From positions 960,001-1,024,000 of the forward strand of contig OZ252220.1 of the NCBI GenBank assembly GCA_965249135.1: a DNA stretch of 64,000 nt. The letters are read 5' to 3'. The notes beneath the pieces were generated by a model, which searched no databases, was not told where the DNA came from, and worked only from the letters and a program-made list of their open reading frames with translations. Position 1 is the stretch's first letter, and every line of letters starts with the position of its first letter. The position numbers were made by a program, and so were the translations under genes. Shown here in pieces: positions 1 to 10,566 of the stretch. Source of the stretch: Alphaproteobacteria bacterium (GTDB taxonomy: Bacteria; Pseudomonadota; Alphaproteobacteria; GCA-2746255).

Positions 1-1275
1 GCCTCCACGGAAGAGACGGCCAAGCTGGTGCGCATCTGTGCCGCGCACCGCATCGGGATCGTGCCCCAGGGCGGCAACACCGGCCTCGTCGGCGGGGCGA
101 CGCCGGAAGGGCCGGGCGATGAGGTCCTCCTGCAGATGGGCCGGATGAACCGCATTCGCGAGACCGATCTTGGCAACGACACGATGACCGTCGAGGCGGG
201 CGCCATCCTCGCCGACGTCCAGGCGGCAGCCTTTGGCGTCGATCGCCTTTTTCCTTTGAGCCTCGCCTCCGAAGGCTCCGCCCAGATCGGCGGCGTGCTT
301 TCCACGAATGCCGGCGGCAACGCCGTGTTGCGTTACGGAAACGCCCGCGAGCTCGTGCTTGGGCTGGAGGTCGTGCTGGGCGATGGCAGTGTGTGGGACG
401 GCCTTAAGGGTCTTCGTAAGGACAACACCGGCTACGACCTGAAACAGGTCTTCATCGGTGCGGAAGGCACGCTCGGCATCCTCACGGCCGCCGTGTTGAA
501 ACTTTTTCCCAGTCCCAAGGAATGGGCGGCGGCCTTCGTCGCCGTGCCGGGGCCTGAGGCTGCGATCAAATTGCTAAGCCTTGCCAAGCACGAAGCGGGT
601 GAGGCCTTGAGCGCGTTTGAGTTGATGCCCCGCATCGGGCTCGACTTCGTGCTCGCCCATATCGCGGGCACGCGCGATCCCCTTGCTGCGCGTCACGACT
701 GGTACGTCCTGGTCGAGCTCACCGCGTCCGGCGCCGGCGATCGCTTGAAGCCGCTTCTCGTCCAACTCCTGGAGAAGGGAATGGCCGAAGGGCTCCTTCG
801 CGATGCCGCCGTCGCCGAGACGCTCGAACAGAAAGACGCGTTCTGGCGGCTTCGCGATTCGTTGCCGGAGGCCCAGAAGCACGAAGGCGGCAGCATTAAG
901 CACGACGTCTCCGTACCGGTCTCGAAGATTCCGGAATTCATGGCGCGCGCGGCGGCCCTCGTCCAGGATCGGCTTGCCGGCGTGCGCATCTGCGCCTTCG
1001 GCCATGTCGGCGACGGCAACCTTCACTTCAATCTGAGCCAGCCGGAAGGTGCGGACAAGGACGCCTTTCTTGCGCAGTGGGAAGACGTGAACGCCCGCGT
1101 CCATGACCTTGCCACCGAAATGGGCGGCTCGTTTGCCGCCGAGCACGGCGTCGGCCAGATGAAGCGCGCCGCCCTCAAGCGCTACAAATCCGAGGTCGAG
1201 ATCGAACTGATGCGGCGCCTGAAATCGGCCTTCGACCCGCAAGGCATCCTGAACCGGGGCAAGATTCTCTTTTGA
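1..1275 (+). CDS. FAD-binding oxidoreductase (D-2-hydroxyacid dehydrogenase/GlcD-like), 5' end outside window
   Basis: PQGGNTGLVGG, GGVLSTNAGG, LRKDNTGYDL, GAEGTLG, GHVGDGNLH and AEHGVG motifs; frame is open from base 1. Confidence 0.9.
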   Translation, partial: ASTEETAKLVRICAAHRIGIVPQGGNTGLVGGATPEGPGDEVLLQMGRMNRIRETDLGNDTMTVEAGAILADVQAAAFGVDRLFPLSLASEGSAQIGGVLSTNAGGNAVLRYGNARELVLGLEVVLGDGSVWDGLKGLRKDNTGYDLKQVFIGAEGTLGILTAAVLKLFPSPKEWAAAFVAVPGPEAAIKLLSLAKHEAGEALSAFELMPRIGLDFVLAHIAGTRDPLAARHDWYVLVELTASGAGDRLKPLLVQLLEKGMAEGLLRDAAVAETLEQKDAFWRLRDSLPEAQKHEGGSIKHDVSVPVSKIPEFMARAAALVQDRLAGVRICAFGHVGDGNLHFNLSQPEGADKDAFLAQWEDVNARVHDLATEMGGSFAAEHGVGQMKRAALKRYKSEVEIELMRRLKSAFDPQGILNRGKILF

Positions 1276-1279
1276 TCCT

Positions 1280-2551
1280 TCAGACGAGCAGATCGTCCAC
1301 GGTCACGAAGAGACCGCCCAGCTCAATGCCGGAAAAGCTGCCGGGATCGGCGCTGTAGCCATCGACGCGAAACAGCGGCTGGAAAAGCACGAAGGGGGCA
1401 GCCGGATCCTGGGTGAAGACGACGAGATCGCCGTTCGCATCAAGGCCGGCGGTCGCCTCGGTGGTCGGCGAAAAATCCTCGAGCGTGGCCGAATTCACGC
1501 CTTGCCCGTCCTGGATGACGTCGAACCCGGTCTCGTCCCCGTAGAACAGGTAAACGTCGTCGCCCCCGCCGCCAGCGAGGAAATCATCGCCTTCGCCGCC
1601 GGCAAGACTGTCGCCGCCGCCCATGCCGGAAAGAAAGTCATCGCCCGCACCTCCCCAGAAGGCATTCGCGCCCGCGTTCCCCGTGATCGTGTTTGCATCT
1701 ACGTTGCCGACGGCGTTCGCCGCCACCGCCTCGAGCAGGTGAAGCGTCTCCACGAAGTCGCCGAGAAAGAAGAGATGATCGGCATCGACGGCCATCCGCG
1801 CATCGATCGCGGCACCCGAAAAGGCGAAGCTCGCCGGCGCCGTGCCGGCGCCGATCGCCGCGATCAGTGGATCGCCCGCCTCGATCGTATCGAAACCGCC
1901 ACCGTCACCACTCGGCAGTTCGATGACGGTATCGTTCGGATCGTTCAGCCGAAAGACGTCGTCGCCGGCACCCCCGGTCAACTTGTCCGTGCCGGCGCCG
2001 CCATCGAGGAAATCATTGCCGCCGCCGAAGCCGAACAGGGAATCGGCGTTGGGGCCGCCGGTGAGCGTGTCGGCACCCGCCCCACCGAAAAGGGTCTCGC
2101 CGAGCGGCACCGGCGCGGCGGCGCTCGCCACGAACGGCGTGAAGAAGAACTCGATTGGTGTGAAGGGACCGGGCTCGCCGCTCAACACCTGTTCGGCAAA
2201 GAATTCGGCTTCCGGCGGCGTCTCGAAGGTCGAAGGAAAGCCGGGATCGCCGGTTGGCTCCTCAAGGATCGTAAAGCCGGGCCCGCCAGGCTCAAAGCCG
2301 GGCCCATCGAAAGCCGCCGCCGCGTTTGCCTCACCACCCGCGTCCGCCTCGCCGTCTGCGTCTGCCGCCGGTTCCAGCAAGGCCACGTCCCTGCCGTGTT
2401 CCCCCTCACGCCCGCCGGCGCCCCCACCGGTGCCGAACAGCGGATCCAGGAAATCCGCACCGGCCAACGGCGCGCCCGTCCCCAAACCCGGCACCTCCTC
2501 GGGGAGCACCGGGGCTGGTTTCGCGGGATCGGGGACCGCCATGACCGCCAC
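1280..2551 (-). CDS. Hemolysin-type (RTX) Ca-binding repeat protein, probable type I secretion substrate
   Basis: Multiple GGxGxDxL nonapeptides (GGAGADTL, GGAGTDKL, GGAGDDFL, GGEGDDFL); very acidic; start uncertain. Confidence 0.75.
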   Translation of the reverse strand: MAVMAVPDPAKPAPVLPEEVPGLGTGAPLAGADFLDPLFGTGGGAGGREGEHGRDVALLEPAADADGEADAGGEANAAAAFDGPGFEPGGPGFTILEEPTGDPGFPSTFETPPEAEFFAEQVLSGEPGPFTPIEFFFTPFVASAAAPVPLGETLFGGAGADTLTGGPNADSLFGFGGGNDFLDGGAGTDKLTGGAGDDVFRLNDPNDTVIELPSGDGGGFDTIEAGDPLIAAIGAGTAPASFAFSGAAIDARMAVDADHLFFLGDFVETLHLLEAVAANAVGNVDANTITGNAGANAFWGGAGDDFLSGMGGGDSLAGGEGDDFLAGGGGDDVYLFYGDETGFDVIQDGQGVNSATLEDFSPTTEATAGLDANGDLVVFTQDPAAPFVLFQPLFRVDGYSADPGSFSGIELGGLFVTVDDLLV

Positions 2552-2919
2552 CCTTTGCCAGCAAGAGAAGAATCGCCCGAAGGGGCCTTCTACTTAAAGT
2601 TAAAAAAGTAATAGCAAATAAAACTTATCGGCTATCTTCTCTATATACTTACGACTTAAAGTGTTTTCTCTTACCCTTAACGGACTACACTGTTCGGATT
2701 AACCATACATCCGTCAAGGCCTTTGTCTTTCTTCTTCCTCTTCTCTTACTCTCTTCTTGAGGATGCGCCGCGGCGCAGGCCCGGCCGCCGGTCGCAAACG
2801 CCGAGCCCCGCGCCAGCAGTTCCCCTTGCATGCGCCCCGACAAGCGGGCAGATTTTTGTCTTGCGTTGCGCCCGGCGATAAGCGAAACAACGCGGCCGAT
2901 CTTGAGATTTGATGTGGAG

Positions 2920-3393
2920 ATGCTGGCGATGGCACGGAGAGCATCCGTTGCAAACACGGTGATTTCCCGTGGCGAGGAGCGCGCCGACGCGACGCCGTCC
3001 TTGAAGGCCGCGACGCTTTCGACGGATTACTTCGTCGAGAAGGACGGCCTTACCTTCGCCGGTCTGCACGTGCTGCTCGACTTCTGGGGCTGCAGGAAAC
3101 TGGACGAAATGAAGGCGGTAGAACGCGCCCTTCGCGCAGCCGTCGTGGCGGCCGGTGCGACCCTTCTTGACCTCAGCCTCCATCGCTTCACGTCGAGCGG
3201 CGGCATTTCCGGCGTCGCCGTTCTTGCCGAATCCCACATCAGCATCCATACTTGGCCGGAACGCGGTTACGCGGCGCTCGACATCTTCATGTGCGGCGGC
3301 TGCGACCCTTACAAGGCGGTCCCCGTACTTCGCGAGGCCTTCCAGCCGGACAATGTGCAGCTGCACGAACAGCGGCGGGGACTCACGGTTTGA
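2920..3393 (+). CDS. speD: S-adenosylmethionine decarboxylase proenzyme
   Basis: GGISGVAVLAESHISIHTWPE self-cleavage motif and ALDIFMCG; start approximate. Confidence 0.92.
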   Translation: MLAMARRASVANTVISRGEERADATPSLKAATLSTDYFVEKDGLTFAGLHVLLDFWGCRKLDEMKAVERALRAAVVAAGATLLDLSLHRFTSSGGISGVAVLAESHISIHTWPERGYAALDIFMCGGCDPYKAVPVLREAFQPDNVQLHEQRRGLTV

Positions 3394-4238
3394 CGGGCAA
3401 GTGGTTCGAAGAAACGCTCCATCCGGACTTCCACCAGCGGCTGAAGATCTCCGACGTTCTCCACCACGAAAAGACGGATTACCAGGGCCTCCTCATCTTC
3501 GAGAACTCCGCACTCGGCCGGGTGCTGGCGCTGGACGGCGTCGTCCAGACGACGGAGGCCGACGAGTTCTTCTACCACGAGATGCTGACCCATCCCGCCA
3601 TCCTGGCCCATGGCGAGGCGAAGCGCGTCCTCATCATCGGCGGCGGCGACGGCGGCGCGCTCGAAGAAGCGCTGAAGCACCCGATCGAGAAGGCGACGGT
3701 CATCGAGATCGACCCCGCCGTCGTCGAACTTTCGAAGAAATACCTGCCGTCGATTTCCGCCGGCGCCTTCGACGATCCGCGCACCGAACTGATCATCTGG
3801 GACGGCACGAAGTTCGTCGCCACGACGGAAGAACGCTTCGATGTCATCCTCGTCGATTCGACGGATCCTGTCGGCCCGGCGATGGTCCTCTTCCAGGAAG
3901 AGTTCTATGCGAACTGCAAGCGCTGCCTCACCGAGCGGGGAATCCTGATCACCCAAAGCGGCGTTCCCTTCCTCCAGGCCGCCGAAGCGCGCAGCACCAA
4001 CCGCCATTTCCGGGCGCTGTTTGCGGACCACAGCTTCTACCTGGTGCCGGTGCCAAGCTATGTCGGCGGCTTCATGACGCTCGGCTGGGCAAGCCTCTCG
4101 GAGGCAAACCGTGCCGTCTCCCGGGATGAGATCGAGCGCCGTTACGCGGCCGCCCAGATCGCGACCCGCTACTACAATCCGGACATCCACCTTGCCGCCT
4201 TCGCGCTCCCCAACTATATCCGTGAGTTGATGGGCTAA
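3390..4238 (+). CDS. speE: Polyamine aminopropyltransferase (spermidine synthase)
   Basis: LDGVVQTTEADEFFYHEML, VLIIGGGDGG, DSTDPVGP; TTG start overlaps the speD stop. Confidence 0.93.
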   Translation: MTGKWFEETLHPDFHQRLKISDVLHHEKTDYQGLLIFENSALGRVLALDGVVQTTEADEFFYHEMLTHPAILAHGEAKRVLIIGGGDGGALEEALKHPIEKATVIEIDPAVVELSKKYLPSISAGAFDDPRTELIIWDGTKFVATTEERFDVILVDSTDPVGPAMVLFQEEFYANCKRCLTERGILITQSGVPFLQAAEARSTNRHFRALFADHSFYLVPVPSYVGGFMTLGWASLSEANRAVSRDEIERRYAAAQIATRYYNPDIHLAAFALPNYIRELMG

Positions 4239-4264
4239 GCCCGCCTCTTTCCCTTAAAGCAAAA

Positions 4265-5116
4265 ATGGCCCGCAAAACGAACATGGCAGCAACCACCGAA
4301 CGGCAAGACCCTCTCCCCGGCATCCGCGCCGTCCTTGCGGTCGCCTCCGCCAAGGGCGGCGTCGGCAAATCGACGACCGCCGTCAATCTGGCGGTCGGCC
4401 TGAGCGGACGGGGCAAACGGGTGGCGCTGCTGGATGCCGACGTCTATGGGCCCTCGGTGCCCCGGCTGCTCGGCCTCCGGGGCCAGCCCACCACCCTTGC
4501 GGACGGGCGGCTCAAGCCGATGGTGAACCACGGCGTCAGCTGCATGTCGATCGGTTTCCTGGTCGAGGAGGCGACGCCGATGATCTGGCGCGGCGCCATG
4601 GTGATGGGGGCCATCGAGAACCTGATCAAGGACGTCGCCTGGGGCGAGCTCGACGTGCTGGTGCTTGATCTGCCGCCCGGCACTGGCGATGCCCAACTCA
4701 GCATCACCCAGCGCATCCCCTTGACCGGTGCCATCATCGTGTCTACGCCCCAGGACATCGCCCTTATCGATTCGCGAAAGGGGATCGCCATGTTCGAAAA
4801 AGTGAACGTGCCGATCTTCGGCCTCGTCGAGAACATGAGCACTTTCGTTTGTCCAGGCTGCGGGGAGCGTTCCGACATCTTCGGTCACGGCGGCGTGCGC
4901 GAAGTGGCCATCGAGCTTGGCATCGGGTTCCTCGGCGAAATTCCCCTTGAGGTTTCGATTCGCGAGGCCTCGGACGCCGGCACCCCGATCGTGGCCCACG
5001 CGCCGGAAAGCGCAGCGGCCGCCTGCTATGGGCGCATCCTCGATTCGCTCATCGAGAAGATCGATGCAAGCTTAGGCGATGGCGAGCGCTTGGCCCCGCG
5101 CATCGTCGTAGAGTAA
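4265..5116 (+). CDS. apbC: Mrp/ApbC (NBP35) Fe-S cluster carrier ATPase
   Basis: AKGGVGKST Walker A, DADVYGPS, DLPPGTGD, ENMS-x-F-x-CPGC. Confidence 0.92.
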   Translation: MARKTNMAATTERQDPLPGIRAVLAVASAKGGVGKSTTAVNLAVGLSGRGKRVALLDADVYGPSVPRLLGLRGQPTTLADGRLKPMVNHGVSCMSIGFLVEEATPMIWRGAMVMGAIENLIKDVAWGELDVLVLDLPPGTGDAQLSITQRIPLTGAIIVSTPQDIALIDSRKGIAMFEKVNVPIFGLVENMSTFVCPGCGERSDIFGHGGVREVAIELGIGFLGEIPLEVSIREASDAGTPIVAHAPESAAAACYGRILDSLIEKIDASLGDGERLAPRIVVE

Positions 5117-5127
5117 AAGAGCCCCGC

Positions 5128-5487
5128 TCAAGGTTCGCGGCTCAACCCTTCCTTCTCCAGACGATCGAGGTAGTGCCGCCACAGCTCGTCCTGGCGGCTT
5201 CCCAGTTCGTACAAATAGTCCCACGAATAGATGCCCGTGTCGTGCAGGTCGTCAAACGCGATCTGGACCGCGTAATTGCCGACCGGCTCCACCTTTAGAA
5301 TGCCGACATGCCGGCGCCCGCCGATCAGTTTCCCCGGCCCCGACCCATGGCCGCGCATTTCGGCGGACGGGCTCTGGATACGCAGGAACTCGGCCGGCAG
5401 GCTGAAAGTCTGGCCGTCATCGAAGTCGATTTCAAGAACCTTCTCCTTCGATTTCAGCCGCACCTCGCTCGGCCACGGCCGCCCCAT
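5128..5487 (-). CDS. DUF971 family protein
   Basis: LPAEFLRIQSPSAE, PVGNYAVQIAFDDLHDTGIYSW; ATG overlaps upstream stop (TGATG). Confidence 0.88.
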   Translation of the reverse strand: MGRPWPSEVRLKSKEKVLEIDFDDGQTFSLPAEFLRIQSPSAEMRGHGSGPGKLIGGRRHVGILKVEPVGNYAVQIAFDDLHDTGIYSWDYLYELGSRQDELWRHYLDRLEKEGLSREP

Positions 5488-6218
5488 CAGGACGCCCAAC
5501 CGCCGCAGAACGGGATGAGCTGACTGGTGACGAAGTTCGACTCGTCTGCGGCGAGAAAGGCAACCAGCGCGGTCAACTCCTCCGGTTTTGCGTAACGCTT
5601 GATCGGGCATTCCTCTTCGATGAGCTTCCGCATGAATGCCTCGCCCAGAATATGCTTCGGAAAGTAGGTCGGATTTTCCGCATAGTTCGGCCCGATCGCG
5701 TTCACCTGGATGTTGGACTCGCCAACCTCGAGCGCCAGCGCCTTCATCAACGCCGTCGCCCCGCCCCTTGCCGCACAATAGGTGGAAAGGTTCGGCAAGC
5801 CCTTCATCGGCCCGGCCGACGTCATGAAGACGATCTTGCCGGCCTTTTGCTTCTTCATGTACGGGATGGCGGCCCGCGCCAGCCGGAAGGGCTCGATCGT
5901 CAACCCCTCCAGATAGTCCCGGTAGACCTCAACGCTGGCCGTCTCCACCGCCGATGGGAAAAGCGGCACGAAATTGTTGGAAAAAAGAAGATCGATCCGC
6001 CCGCACCGCTTGACGACGGCTTCGACCGCACCTTCCGGTTCCAACTCGTCGATGATCTCGACATCCGGGTTCGCGGACCTGAACGCCTTGCGGCTTTCCG
6101 CATCGGCAAAGCTGCGATCGTTGCAAAGCACCTTCCAGCCGCCGTCCAGCAACGCCTTCATGGCAGCAGGCCCGCCATAGCCGGTGACGAGGGTAATCAG
6201 TGCGACTTTATCCTTCAT
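5487..6218 (-). CDS. Halohydrin dehalogenase (SDR-related)
   Basis: Both HHDH signatures: T-X4-(F/Y)-X-G (TLVTGYGG) and S-X12-Y-X3-R (SAGPMKGLPNLSTYCAAR); also GPNY-ENPTYFP and C-terminal GGW. Confidence 0.85.
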   Translation of the reverse strand: MKDKVALITLVTGYGGPAAMKALLDGGWKVLCNDRSFADAESRKAFRSANPDVEIIDELEPEGAVEAVVKRCGRIDLLFSNNFVPLFPSAVETASVEVYRDYLEGLTIEPFRLARAAIPYMKKQKAGKIVFMTSAGPMKGLPNLSTYCAARGGATALMKALALEVGESNIQVNAIGPNYAENPTYFPKHILGEAFMRKLIEEECPIKRYAKPEELTALVAFLAADESNFVTSQLIPFCGGWAS

Positions 6219-6253
6219 CGTCGTTCCTCCCTTAAGACCCCCTTGCCTGCGCA

Positions 6254-6982
6254 TCACGTCCAGCCGCCGGCGAAGGGAACGACCTCGCCGATGATGAAAT
6301 CCGATCCTGCGCCTGCGAGGAAGGCGACAAGCGCGCCGGCCGCTTCCGGCGCAGCTTTTCGCATGCCCGAGCCCGGACCCACGATCACCTTCTCGGCGTC
6401 CGTCTCGCCCATCATCTCCTTCGGGAAATAGGTGGGCGCAACTGAAGCGCCCGGTCCGATCGCGTTCACCTGGACGTTCGCGTCTGCAAGTTCCTGAGCC
6501 AGCGTGCCCATCAGCGCGTTCGCAGTTCCTTGCGCCGTGCAATAGACCGTGTGGCTGGCAAGCCCATAGCGCGACGCATCCGAGGTGACAAAGATGATCT
6601 TGCCGGATTTCTGCTTCTTCATGTGCCGGCTTGCCGCCTTCGCCAGCCGGAAGGGCTCGATGGCAAGCACGTCCAGCGCGTGGCGGAGGTCTTCGACCTT
6701 CGTCTTCTCGATCTGGGCAGGCTTCGCCGGCAACCAGGCATTCGAGACCAGCACGTCCACCCTGCCGTGCCGTGCCACCACCTCCTCGACCAGCCGTTCC
6801 GGATCGAGCGTGGCGGTGACCTCGAGCTTCGGATGCGCCTTGGCGTAAGACTTAACCTCAGAATCGTCCGCGAAGCTCGCGTCGTTGACGATGACCTTGG
6901 CCCCCTCGACCGCCAGGGCATCCGCACCGGCTTGCCCGATCGAGGCGGCCACATGGGTGACGATGCAAACCTTGCCTTGCAT
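6254..6982 (-). CDS. Halohydrin-dehalogenase-like paralog with non-canonical motifs
   Basis: Aligns with neighbour (IEPFRLA, MKKQK-GKI-F-TS, QVNAIGP, PTYFPK, PF-GGW) but has THVAASIG and S-X12-Y-X3-Q. Confidence 0.75.
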   Translation of the reverse strand: MQGKVCIVTHVAASIGQAGADALAVEGAKVIVNDASFADDSEVKSYAKAHPKLEVTATLDPERLVEEVVARHGRVDVLVSNAWLPAKPAQIEKTKVEDLRHALDVLAIEPFRLAKAASRHMKKQKSGKIIFVTSDASRYGLASHTVYCTAQGTANALMGTLAQELADANVQVNAIGPGASVAPTYFPKEMMGETDAEKVIVGPGSGMRKAAPEAAGALVAFLAGAGSDFIIGEVVPFAGGWT

Positions 6983-7061
6983 GACCCCTCCCTCCCCTTA
7001 TGCCTTGCCGTTTGGCTTCGATAAATTCTGCAGAGCGATCAACGAAATAGCAAGGGCCCAA

Positions 7062-7940
7062 TCAGGCCCGGCGCGGCCAGTGGGCAAGGGCGGTGAGCGC
7101 GACGCCGATGAGGATGGCGCATAAACCCCCAACCAGGCTCGCCGTCAATGCCTCGCCAAGCCAAAGCGCCGACGCGCCGACCCCGACGACGGGGATGACA
7201 AGGGAACCAAGCGCCATCGTCATCGCCGGCAGGTGGCGGTTTACTTCGATGAACGCCCAGAAGCAAAACGCGGTGCCAAGGGTGCCGTTATAGGCAAGAA
7301 TCAGCAGGGTCTTCGTATCCTCAGGCCAACGCGGCGCCCCCTCCGCGCCCCACGCCCAGGCCGTGAGCAGCAGAAAGGCGAGTACAAACTGCCAGAAGAC
7401 GGTGACGAGCGGCGGGCCGTGCCAGCCATGGGCGCGGACATGGGTCATGGCGACCGCCCAGCAAAGGGCGGCGAGCAGCAAAAGCCCGTTGCCGAGGCGG
7501 GCTTCGGCGTCCTGCCAGTCGAAGGCGAGCGGGTTGAACAGAAGACCGAGCCCGACCAGCCCGAAAAGCACCCCAAAGAAGCGGTAAGCGCCGAGGCGCT
7601 CGCCGATCCACAGCCAGGCGATCGGCGCGATCCAAAGCGGCATCGTGTAGGAAAGCACCGCCGAGCGGCCCGCCTCGACGACGTCGAGCCCGAGATAGAC
7701 GAGCCCCATGCCGACGCCCATCTGCAGGATGCCGACGCCTGCGATGATCGGCATGTCGCGTCTGCTGGGCCGGACGGAATGCCCCTGGATCAGCACGAAG
7801 GGCGCCAGGCAAAGGACACCGATCCCCATTCGGAACGCCGCGAACCAGAGCGGCGTCAAATCCTCGAGGCCGAGCTTCATGATCGGCCAGTTGAAACCCC
7901 AGACGAGGACGACGCCGGCGAACAGGTAGAAGAAACGCAT
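7062..7940 (-). CDS. EamA/DMT family transporter
   Basis: WGFNWPIMK, about 10 hydrophobic segments, duplicated EamA pattern. Confidence 0.88.
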   Translation of the reverse strand: MRFFYLFAGVVLVWGFNWPIMKLGLEDLTPLWFAAFRMGIGVLCLAPFVLIQGHSVRPSRRDMPIIAGVGILQMGVGMGLVYLGLDVVEAGRSAVLSYTMPLWIAPIAWLWIGERLGAYRFFGVLFGLVGLGLLFNPLAFDWQDAEARLGNGLLLLAALCWAVAMTHVRAHGWHGPPLVTVFWQFVLAFLLLTAWAWGAEGAPRWPEDTKTLLILAYNGTLGTAFCFWAFIEVNRHLPAMTMALGSLVIPVVGVGASALWLGEALTASLVGGLCAILIGVALTALAHWPRRA

Positions 7941-8004
7941 GCGCGCCCGCCTTTCCCGCCTGGCTTAGGCCAAGGCAAGCGGGCCGGCCAACGGCGAAGG
8001 CTGC

Positions 8005-9697
<1,693 letters not shown>

Positions 9698-10566
9698 GTG
9701 TTTTCCCCCTGGCGTTGGTTCGCTGGTCCCGGCCTTAACGGCTCTGCCAGCGTCACCCAATGCGTCTTTGGCGCATTCGCCGAGCACCCTACACCAGGAA
9801 GGAAAGCCTCGAAAGCGCCAAGATAGGCCCCCGCCCGGGTCGCTTTCTTTGACGGGAACGCGCTAGTATTACTCAACTTAAAGTTGAAATACAGGACCCA
9901 TTCGTTAACGGGAAATTAGCCGTCTTTCTTCCAATCTCTTCCGATCCGGCGCCTCGACCCTTGCCGCCCATCGCCATCGGAAACCAATCGTTGAAAATCC
10001 GCTCCAAGGATCTCCAGAAGAACAACCACCGCCGCCGCAAGGGCGATCGCCGGCGCGACGAAAGCGAGCGCCGCCTGCGCGCCATCGTCGACGCGGCCCC
10101 GGTGCCGCTCTTCATCACCCGTGCCGAGGACGGCGAGATCCTCTACGCAAACGATAAGTCCGATCAGATCTTCGGCCTGCCGCCCGAAAAGGTCCTCGGC
10201 CGCAAGGCGACGGATTTCTATGTCGAGCCGGAGCAGCGAAAGCAGCTCGTCGCCACGCTTGAGCGGGAAGGCGTCGTCAAGGACTTTCCGCTTGCGGGGC
10301 GCTCATTCCCGGGCGAGGAAATCTCCGTTCTTCTTTCCGCCCATCCGATCATCTACGACGACGACTTGGCCCTGCTTTCGACCGTCACCAATCTGACGGA
10401 ACAGATGCGCGCCGAGAAAGCGCTCCGCGAAAGCGAGGAACGCTTCCGCAGCGTCTTCGAGGCGGCTCCGCATGGCTTCGCCCTCGTCGACCTCGACGGG
10501 AAATTGCTGAAGGTGAACCGCGCGCTCTGCGAGATCATCGGCTACAGCGAAGCGGAACTGCTGGCA

